Of a DNA stretch of 64,000 bases, positions 53,618-64,000 are shown in pieces. The translations under genes and the position numbers were made by a program. Positions within the stretch are counted from its first letter, which is position 1; every line of letters starts with the position of its first letter. The notes below the pieces were generated by a model. That model made no database searches. It was not told the origin of the DNA and saw only the letters and a list, made by a program, of their open reading frames with translations. Origin of the DNA: Octopus sinensis. Its lineage: Eukaryota. Location: positions 60,462,464-60,526,463 of the forward strand of contig NC_043011.1 in assembly GCF_006345805.1 (NCBI RefSeq), read 5' to 3'.

Positions 53618-56600
53618 TATAATGAAACAACTGTAATTGCCTAAACCTTGTGCCTATAATAAAGAGAAACTTGTAATTTACAATGTTAAAATAGTTCTAG
53701 CTCTAAATTCTATTTTTTCCAATACATATTTTTTTTATATCTAAAATAGTTAAAATGAAGAAAAACAAATAAAATCTGTGATTGAAACACAGTAAATAAA
53801 AAATTATATATGGTTTAGTATAATGTAGAAAAGACATGATGGATTTGCCAGAAAATAGATTACTCCAGTTTTTATGTATTGTGTCGGAGATTAGTTACAA
53901 TGAACTGGTCAAGCCCTAAAGATAGTAATAAAGTTCATTAGAAAACAGTAATGAAAGAAGTCAGTAATGGCCAAGTATAATGAAAAAAATGGGCAAAAAC
54001 ATAATTATGGAATGAAATTTCTCTTACAAAGAACCAAAGAGAAAAACCTAAATTAAAAAGATAACCCAAACTAATTAATATCAGGCAGATTTCATTTCAA
54101 TATGGCTGCTGCCTTAATTAAAATAAAAATTTATATAACCAAAAAACTGGAAAAATAATTATACGTAATCCCTTGGATTAGTAGATAAAGAGATTAGAAA
54201 TAAAGGTTCCTGGGTCTAATTCAGCCTACAGCAAATGAGTAAGACACACCTGGTGAGATTGCAGATCGAATTCATGAAAAAATAATGAAGATACAGTACA
54301 ATAAAGCAAAACATTTTCCAGGAGATTGTATTTCTAATTAAAATACAGGGGTCCTCTATTCAAATTAAACATTTAAATCTAAATTTTTTTTTGCTATCTT
54401 TAACTGTGTTGTTCTTTCACCACATTTAAAAGAACAAAAATTTATTTAGTTGCATGCATGGCTGTATGGTAAGGAGTTTGCTTCCTAGCCACATGGTTTT
54501 GGGTTCAGTCCCAGCATGTGGCACATTGGGTAAGTGTCTTCTACAATAGCCTTAGGCCAACCAAAGCTTTGTGAGTGGATCTGGTAGATGGCAACTGAAA
54601 GAAGCTTATCACATATGTGTGTGTGTGTGTGGTGCATACCCACGTTCTCCACCACTGCTTGACAACTCTGTCGGGTTGTGTATGTCCCTGTAACATTAGT
54701 GTAACATAAGTGGTTCAGCAAAAGAGACCAACTGAATGATTACCAGACATAGAAAAAAAAATAAAGAATAAATACTGGGGTTGATTTGTTCAATTAAAAC
54801 CTTCAGGGAGGTGCTCCAACAAGGCAGCAGTAAAGCAAAAAGATAATTCTCTGAAATGCTGTCATACTAGGGCACCGCTTTCAAGGACTTTGGTCTCTCA
54901 CATTGATCCTTGAGAACATGTTTCACTCTAACACTTATTTTATTGAATCCTATTTACTGAATTGACATAAACAGAATGCAGATTCTTATTGGTTTGCACA
55001 AACATAGACATATAGAGTTCCTGTCTATCAAACTGAACTTAAAAGGAATCAATCCACTTAAAGGATACAGCTTAGAGACACTTACCCAAGGTGTTATGCA
55101 GTAGGAAATCAAACAAGAAACTATACATTAGCAAAGGAAACACCTTCACCATAAAGCTATGCTCTGATCTCATAATGAAAACAATTGAGAATATATTGAG
55201 AAAATTGAAAGAGTGTCTCCTTGTAGGAATACTAAAGGTAAAGAAATCAAAAAGTAATTTATTCCAATTTATTTTCTCCAAAATCCAATAATTTTTGCTG
55301 GAGAACTTTCATCATACTGTGACATTTCTTTCAAAAATAGATTGAGTCCTAATAGTAGTTGTTTAGTCCCTGATTAACTCTGTGCCTAGCTGTAAGGGAG
55401 ATATATGGTTACTCCAGTTGGAAGAGGAAGATGATGGAGAAGGGGTGTCAGCTTGAGGTCAATTCTAATCAAACAGATTTATGATCAAACATGTTCCAGC
55501 TTTGAATGTCCTATCTTTTCGTTTGCCTAAGACTGCAATATCCAAAGTGTTCTCCCTGTTTTAAGATGATAGAATGTGATTTGCTATGAATCAAATGAGC
55601 ACTGTAGCATAAATGATAAAGCTCTTGGCAAAATGTATCTCGAATAATGAATCAATTCCTAGTTTTGTGTTTCACTATTTCTCTTCATTCTTTGGAAAAG
55701 GCATGCACACCTAATAACCATTTCCTACTTCCCTAAGGCTGATTATTTCTATTATCAACTTTTTTGGCTACAAATGGTTTAAGCAAACGATTGTTTACTG
55801 CGCTTGTCCATGCGATATGGCTTAATAAGAAATCATTGTTTTACGGATATGAAGATGAGCTGAAAGCAGCACGAAGGAAGCCAACGATATAACATGTCTC
55901 TAGCAGTGCAAGACAGAACATGTGTAAGGGAGATAATTACTTTTGAATACGTGAGATTTTAAAAAAGAATAATAGAGAATTTAGTTTTCTATATCAAACT
56001 TCTATATCAAAAATTGGTTGAAAGAAATTTTCTTAGGCATGTTTATTTATGGCTTAGTCAGCAGCAGGGCAGTACTTGTGACCTTTTGCAGGGTTTCTAA
56101 GACTGGTGAGAAAATTAGTGGAACAGACCATGATTCATGAGTTGGTTCAGTAGGAAGTAATGTATCAGACTTACTGGCATCTAATGGTCAGAAGAAGGTG
56201 CTAAATAAAGTGATGGATTAAGTCTATCACCCAAGGTTTATTTCAGTATTTCTGATGAAATCTTATTCCGCTTCTCAATAATTATTATTTACATATTTCT
56301 TCATGTTTACAGCAGCAAGTAATTTATCATAACCTTTTTTACAGCAGAGATCAGATATATATATCCACTCAAATTTTCATTACCTTTAACTGCAGAAAGT
56401 GGTTTTGTATAACAATCTTTTGTTGAAGAATGTCTTATTAGAACTCTTTTTGGTTGAGATATATCAAGAGAGGCAATGTGACTTGTAGAAAATACCAATT
56501 CTATTTTTGAGTAGACATTTAACATCAATGTTAGAATGATCATGAAATTTAATTTCGTGATTAAAGGGTTATGCTAATGTTTTTTGTTGTAGTTCTTTCA

Positions 56601-56653
56601 TAAGGAAGAGATAGTAATAACAGAAAAACCATCAATAGTTAAATTGCATATGG

Positions 56654-56654
<1 letters not shown>

Positions 56655-56707
<53 letters not shown>

Positions 56708-57000
56708 CATATATATATATATATATATACATATATATACATACATATATATATACATACATATATATATACATACATATATACATACATATATATATAC
56801 ATACATATATACATACATATATACATACATATATATATACATATATACATACATATATATATACATATATATACATATATATACATATATATATACATAT
56901 AATATATATATACATATATATATATACATATATATATATACATATATATATATACATATATATATATATACATATATATATATACATATATATATATATC

Positions 57001-57033
<33 letters not shown>

Positions 57034-57245
57034 CATATTATATATATACATATATATATATACATATAATATATATACATATATATATATACATATATAT
57101 ATATACATATATTATATATATACATATATATATATATATACATATATATATACATATATATACATATATATATATAATATACATATATATATATACATTA
57201 TATATATATATATATATATAATATACATATATATATATATATATA
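56655..57245. repeat. Long compound (TA)n/(TACA)n microsatellite
   Basis: About 590 bp of TA/ACAT units; source of the YI-rich ORFs in the track. Confidence 0.95.
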
Positions 57246-59744
57246 TTAGCTTATGTGAGGACAATGGAGTGGGTGATGGTGATCTCCTGGCTGGCAAGGT
57301 TAAGCATGTAACAAAGACTAGAAAAAAAAATAGTCACGAACATGTTTTGCATGAAAATAAATTAGTGAGGTTGATGCTGACATCTTCAGTGTGGTGAATC
57401 AAGAAAACTTTAATTAATCAAAACCACACCCTTAGTGATGAGAAATCCTCATTAACCAGAAGTAGTCATTAACTAGGATTGGTTCTAGCCAAAAGTTTAA
57501 TAAGTTAAAATAATTTAACAACTGTATGTCACACTGCTAAGATCAGATTCACTTCCCCCCACTATACTGGCTGCATTATATTTTTAATTAATTAGAATCT
57601 TGGAAAGAGGTGGTTAACGGGATTGTTAGAACATCAAACAAAACATCTTGCAGTATTCATCCTGGATCTTTATGTTCAGGGCTCAAATCCTGCTGGAGTC
57701 AACTTCACCTTTCATTGTTTCAGGCTCAATAAAATAAAGTACCATGTATTAAGTCAGTACTCCACACCGACTCAAAATTGCTGGCCTTGTGTCTAGATTT
57801 GAAATAATCAGTTAAATTAACAGGGCCGTGTCTCCTGCATTTCTTGACCAGAAATGATATGTAAGCTAATAATTCTTTCTCCTCACAAAGAAAACCCTAT
57901 CAATTAGTTAAAATTTCTTTGTGCCTAAAATACTAAATAAAGTTGGTGTTAACATATTTAGTATATGTGATGCAGAGCTTGATAACTGGGGCATTTTGGC
58001 CAGCTTATTGTAATGTTAACTATCAACAGAGTACATGGAGAAATACAGTAGTGTGACTAATTCTTCATGTATAAAGTGCTGTACATCATTCCAGTTCCAA
58101 CCATTAAGTCCTTTTGTTACCATATTTCTGTTGACATACACTACAATTGTTTCAATTAATTTTTAAAATAATGAAGAATCTGGTAAAATAACTTCGTCAT
58201 TCTCAAGCTGAAATTTGAGATCACTAGAAAATTTCTTTCATAAAACCAAAGATGGTTTGAGGTGGGTTCAAACCAAAGGAGATTTAAACATATGAAAGAC
58301 AAATAGACCTTGTACATGTTGCCAATCTGTCTTGATAATCATAGATAATATGCTTCTATTCCTGAAATCTGAGCAGATTGATCTGTGTAGTCTAAGTAGA
58401 TGTATGTGATTAAGTTGGATTCGTAACTATATTTATCTGGGTTTAACAGCACTGAGTGACAGCGTGAAGAAGTGTATATGCCCAAAATCTTGTTTAGACA
58501 AATGTGTGCGTGTGTAGTCTTTTATAACCTCAGTACTTCTTTTGAAGTCTGGTACATATTCTATCAGTCTCTGTTGCCAAACTACTAAGTTACAAGGACA
58601 ACAATGCTTGTCAAGTAGTGGTGGGAACAAGCACAAACAACACACACATACCACACAAATAAATACACACATGGAGAGTTTCCACACAGTTTTCATGTAC
58701 GAAATATACTCTCAATATATGCACAAATGTATTATATATACAGAGTGTTCATAAATTGTCCTTACAACGTTTACAATTTATTGTATTGTATCATCTAGAT
58801 GTGTTGTATGTGACCAATAGAGCCCATAGTGAAGTGTTCTGATGTTTCTAATAAAGCTATCTGTTTGCAAATAAACTCTGGGCTATTCTTATTTTGCGTT
58901 TTATTTTTCCTGATTTTTAAAAAATTGTAAAGGTAATTCACAAAGACTGTGTATGTGTCTATTCATTGTATCCTAAATTATAATATGTATGCTGTGCCTT
59001 TGCCTATCAAAGAGGGCAACCAATAAGAAACCTTCCAACTCATGCCAGCATGGAAAATCGGACATAAAATTACAACGATGACAATGGTAGTGATGACAAC
59101 AATGACAAGAACGTGAGCATGTGAATGTCTTTTAGCAGAGTATCTTTTATTTCCTACTTGTTTCATTCAGTAACTGTGTCCATTGAGGAATTTCAGTTGA
59201 ACTAATTGACCCCAGAACTTATTTTCTTTCTAAGCCAGGTACTTATTCTCTCAGTCTCTTTTGCCGAATGCTAAGTTATGGAGATGTAAACACAACAACA
59301 CCGGCTGGTGGTGGTAAGGGGAACACACACACAACATACGTTTTTTCAGTTTCCATTATTCAAAACCACTCACAAAGCTTTGGCCGGTTCGAGACAATAG
59401 AAGACACTCGATCCATGCGCCATGCTATGGGACTGAACCTGAAACCATGTGATCAGCAAGCAATCTTGTTACTATAGCCACGCCTGCGCCTATATTGATA
59501 AAAAATATAAACAATGACGAAGAAAAGGAACCGACTATTTACAGATAATCTCCGTCACTCTCACCATCATAAATACAATATGAGATACCACAATTTTCAA
59601 AATGCGACTGAAAATTTTAAAAAGTATCAAGTTTACAAAAAAAAAAAATTCTGAATCAACGAAGGAGCCGACATATGGTCACTAGACTTGCTAGAAATAG
59701 CAGCCAAAATCCTCTCAAATCATACCATATTATTTTTTTATAAT

Positions 59745-59906
59745 CCGGTGTGGGCAACCTCTTTCGAATAGCTGGCATCATGAGACATGGCTCGTCATCG
59801 AGTGGGCCGCACTATTAAAAAGGATTTTGTTTTGGTAAATTTCAGGTAATATTTCGTTAAGTATGACATTCAAAAAGCCCCGCGTGCTGCAGTTTGCTCA
59901 CGACGG
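59745..59906. mobile_element. hAT-like MITE nested in a family E repeat
   Basis: Imperfect TIRs CCGGTGTGGGCAAC / GTTTGCTCACGACGG; reverse-complement homolog of 60673-60820. Confidence 0.65.
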
Positions 59907-60672
59907 CCTTAAATACAGAAAAGGGCACGTTAGATATTGGTCGCGACTGGAATGTCTTTAGCTATAGATTTAGTCAGTCAAGATCGATAGGATAAAATAT
60001 AAACCATCTCAGAGGTATGGTAAAAGCACTCTTTTAAAAATTTCCCATCGAAGAAACTATTTCGTTGTGGTGCTAAAATAGATCAGTAACAGAAAACGAG
60101 AACTTTACCAATCCAAGGGAGAATAATGATGTATTAGAAGAAATAATTTCCCTTGGATTTAGTTCGTGTAAACAGTAATAAAGAGATAGTTTCGCTTTCT
60201 ATTCCAAATTTATTAAGTCAACTATGGAGCTTCTGACCTGTTAGAAATAGCAGCCAAGTCTTGTACAATCTAGAAAAGAGACGGCCACATTGGAAATTGT
60301 AAGTCGTACGTGCGCAATGCTCGTAAGACGGACGGACGGCTAGAGGGCCTTTAGAAATAGATCTGTTAAGTCATGGTTGAACAATCAATAACAAACCTAT
60401 CGTGCGAGCTGGCACGAACAAAATGATAAGTGTCATTTCTTCAGGATCTTTACGTTCAGATCTTATCAAGGTTAACTTTGCCTTTCATCACTTCGAGATC
60501 GATTTATCCTCTCTCCTCAAAACTATTGGTCATGGACCCTGCAAAGGACCGGCGTCCCATTTAAGGGAAGAATGTTATGATCTCAGTCACTTATATGGCT
60601 GGTTACCCGGCTTCCACGGCATATGAGTCCTAGAACTTGTGAGAACAAAAAAAAAAAAAAATGAATCTAGGA

Positions 60673-60820
60673 CGGTGGTGGGCAAGTTGCGGCCTGCGGG
60701 ACTTTCTGAATAGCACAGCTGACGAATCTTTTCCCTAAAATTTTTTTAGAATGCAACTCGTTTAATGATGAGCCACATCTCGTGAAGGCCCGTTTCTTGA
60801 AAAAATGTCGTCCATGCCTG
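60673..60820. mobile_element. hAT-like MITE
   Basis: GGTGGGCAAGTTGCGGCCTGCGGG end; TSD ATCTAGGA/ATCTTGGA (7/8). Confidence 0.7.
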
Positions 60821-60967
60821 ATCTTGGATTTACCAATTCTTGCATCATTTCCACTTTCAAAAAGACACACAGATCGTCACTATTTTACAAAAATAAAATC
60901 AAGATTAATTTTTAAGTCCTTTAATAAAACCAATGAGTGAAACAAATTTTAAATTGATAAATACAAC

Positions 60968-60999
<32 letters not shown>

Positions 61000-61140
61000 T
61001 ATATATATATAATACACATATATACATGTATAAAAGTGTGTGTGTATATATACACATACATAAATATACAGACACACACACATATATATATATACACACA
61101 CATATATGCATATATGTATGTATATATATATATGTGTATA

Positions 61141-61189
<49 letters not shown>

Positions 61190-61621
61190 GTATCTCTATA
61201 TGAAAAACCACTATTTAAGATAAGTAAATTAAATGGCTTTCTATTATTTCTTCAATGAGTTGAACCAACGATGCAAGCAAGCTGATAGGATGTTCTATAA
61301 GTCATTGGTTTCTAAATTTGTCAGTATTAACGATCTCTTAAGTTTAAATGGATTATACTAAGGTTCCCCGAGTTTTTGAAAGTTTTGTCGTCTGTCTGTT
61401 CAATAGTCCAGTTTTAGTGGCAGATATTTAACTCGTTTTCTCAGTTTCATTTTTCAGTTGATAGCAACAGATATTTTAAAAAACTTTGCTGTAGCTAGTA
61501 AGCGTATATTGGCGATTTATACAATGCCTTCGCTAATTGTTTTAGATGCCTATGTCGTTGTTAACAGACGGAGACGCTCTCTCAGCCGTCCTAGCCTTTC
61601 CCTAGTGAATCAATGAGGTGT

Positions 61622-61680
<59 letters not shown>

Positions 61681-61732
61681 CAGAGCTGTATCAGATGTTG
61701 GTTGACATCTATTTTTAGCTGGGTATCTAGAG

Positions 61733-61933
61733 CAGTGGTTTTCAACCAGGGTTCCGCCAGAACAGTCCAGGGGTTCCGCAAGAAGTTACAAAACTGCTAA
61801 AATCGACAGTAATTTTTAATTCTCCTGTGCAGATATGTGTACATAAGTCTATTAAATTATTGCACAGGGGTTCCTCGAGCCAGTGGAATGTTTCCTTGGG
61901 GTTCCGCTCCAGCAAAAATGTTGAAAAGCACTG
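61733..61933. mobile_element. hAT (Charlie-like) MITE
   Basis: TIRs CAGTGGTTTTCAAC / GTTGAAAAGCACTG; perfect TSD ATCTAGAG. Confidence 0.9.
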
Positions 61934-62203
61934 ATCTAGAGCAACGTAAAATGAAGTGCCTTGCTCACAGAAACAATGCACTACCCAGTCCATGGGCCAA
62001 ATCTGTGACCTGACAATTAGGTGCCAATCGTCGATATTTATCTAATTAACTGCAGTCTCGAAATTCTGAACATTGTTCACATAACTTTTAGTGATCCCTA
62101 GGGATACAAAACCGCTAAGTTGGGAACCGTCCACTCTAAAATCGCAACTTAAGGAAAGAGCACGATGGATAAATATATAACGTTGGTCGTTGGTAGAATT
62201 GTT

Positions 62204-62703
62204 GGATCTTTTCCTTTTGAACGGCAGTTTTCAACACAATTTCTAGTTAACTAAATACTTTTAAACTTCGTATACTGGTAGAATGTGTCAAAATAAAACG
62301 TTTTTTTCTCTTGGCTTTCTTGAGAAGATTGTAATTTGTAAGTTTAACGTAGTTTAATTTTTCGAATCTTAACCAATCATATGGCCTCTATTGAGCTAAA
62401 ATCATTTGCTGTGTCTAAAACAGACAACATCCTGTCACTAACCCTAACCCTAAATTTTAGCCTTTTTCTTAATTGTCAAATTAATTTAAAGATAACAATT
62501 AAGAAAAAAAAAACGAAAGGCTAAAACGAAAGCAATGGAAAATAATGTTGTCTCAGTTTTAGACGCAGCAAATTACAATTTTCTCAAGAAAGCCAAGAGA
62601 AAAAAATGTTTTATTTTGACTCATTCTACCAGTATACGAAGTTTAAAAGTGTTTAGCTAACTAGAAATTGTATTGAAAAGTGCCGTTCAAAAGGAAAAGA
62701 TCC
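62204..62703. mobile_element. Long-TIR MITE, possibly Merlin-like
   Basis: GG..CC termini, imperfect TIRs over 130 bp, perfect 8-bp TSD GAATTGTT, internal CTAACCCTAACCCTAA. Confidence 0.8.
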
Positions 62704-62938
62704 GAATTGTTTTGACTATAGAACGGCTGAGTCAGAATTGATCTCAGGTTTAAATATGAACGATGTAAGAAGGAAAATGACGATCATTGATTATTGAATT
62801 ACGCAGATGTACTTGCATAGCAAGTGACTTGATCTGAGATCGTGTGCTGAAACAAAAACAATTGCAGTGTGGAAGGTGTTTATAAGCCATCTAAAAACAC
62901 ACAAAAACCGTTAGATTCACTTCAGCATTTAAATTTCA

Positions 62939-62990
62939 TTTGTCAAAATAATTTTCGCTGCTTTCAGACCGCGACCTGTTCACTGACAAA
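62939..62990 (-). ncRNA. Hammerhead-like motif with G3-C8 swapped core
   Basis: TTTGTCA-GTGAACA-G-GTCGC-(9 nt)-GCAGC-GAAA-ATTAT-TT-TGACAAA. Confidence 0.45.
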
Positions 62991-63328
62991 ATTCCGAATT
63001 CTAAATAAACGGAAAGATTTAAATATAAACATACTTGTCTACATACGCACTCCCCACCACACACACACACACACACACACAAACCTTCAGTTAAAGAAAT
63101 TAGCATAAAACTAAAGTTGTCTTCAGTAATCTCCATTACAGAGAGCGTGGAAAAAGTTATTGAGAGAGAAAGAGAGAGTTATGCAAGAGAATACGAAAGG
63201 GAGACAGAGAGAGGATTATATAGGACACAGAGAGGAGAGAGAGGGAGCAAGGGAGTAGAGAAAAGGAGAGAGAGAGAGAAAGATGCGGCGTTGGAGGTGG
63301 AGAGATGACAGGAGGTGTTTCCGAAAGG

Positions 63329-63409
<81 letters not shown>

Positions 63410-63508
63410 GACAGAGCGAGAGAGAGAGAGAGATGTAGATTGCTGACTGATAGATAAATGATAACGTAAATGGTTTTGTGTTTGACAAATGTGAGTCAGG
63501 CTTCTTAG

Positions 63509-63566
63509 TCAGAGGAGGAGGATGACGATCAACGCCCATTGACCTGTTGCAGGACCTGTGAAACAG
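63509..63566 (+). CDS. Weak candidate plus-strand exon SEEEDDDQRPLTCCRTCET
   Basis: TAG acceptor with short tract; strong CAG|GTGAGT donor; one open frame. Confidence 0.25.
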
Positions 63567-64000
63567 GTGAGTGGAAATGGTTGGTGAAAACCATGACTCA
63601 TAGGTTGCTGCAGTAGAAAGCAACACACACGTATGTATATATATATATACACACACACACACACATGCACATATATGTACATACATTTACACACACTTGC
63701 ACATACGATTATGTGAATGTCTCAACAAAACGGAATAAAGTGACTGGTTTGAATATTTTATTAGGATGAATAATGAATGCAGACATAGCTCAGTGGTTAA
63801 GGTCGTTTGGCGATCATAGATTTGAGTCCAATTCCACCGTACAGCATGTAACTTCTACAAACAACCTAGGGTCTATCAAAGACCCGTGAGTGAAATCAGC
63901 GTCAAAGATCATCGTGTGTGTGTGTGACGGGGACGTAAACACACCAACATCGGTTGTCAAACGATGGTGAGGGGACAAACACAGACACACACATATATAC

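Noticed and set aside
56598-57297. Long YI/MYI-rich ORFs of 61-188 aa
   Set aside because: Translations of the TA/TACA microsatellite.
60110-60159. 11-15 bp hairpin AATCCAAGGGA/TCCCTTGGATT
   Set aside because: Isolated; no recognised RNA or transposon context.

Overview
AT-rich, repeat-dense eukaryotic DNA. It is most likely an octopus (coleoid cephalopod) intronic/intergenic region; this is inferred from the tRNA-derived SINE families and an invertebrate-type ND5 NUMT. No complete gene is present, and most ORFs in the track are microsatellite or TE artefacts. A few splice-bounded candidate exons suggest an unidentified large-intron gene on the minus strand, and CpG content rises after about 59.3 kb. 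Mobile DNA includes several SINE families, decayed RTE, R4/Dong and CR1/Jockey-like LINEs, a full-length dead mariner, a rearranged mariner, and hAT-, piggyBac- and Merlin-like MITEs. Most interesting: (1) tRNA-headed SINE-like elements carrying minimal hammerhead ribozyme motifs, inserted as inverted pairs with TSDs; (2) a second repeat with a hammerhead-like fold and a compensatory G3-C8 core swap; (3) a chimeric insertion of mitochondrial ND5 plus a divergent 28S sarcin-ricin-loop fragment; (4) a candidate exon with an intronic complementary sequence resembling an ADAR editing substrate. All coordinates and alignments were read by eye; no searches were run.
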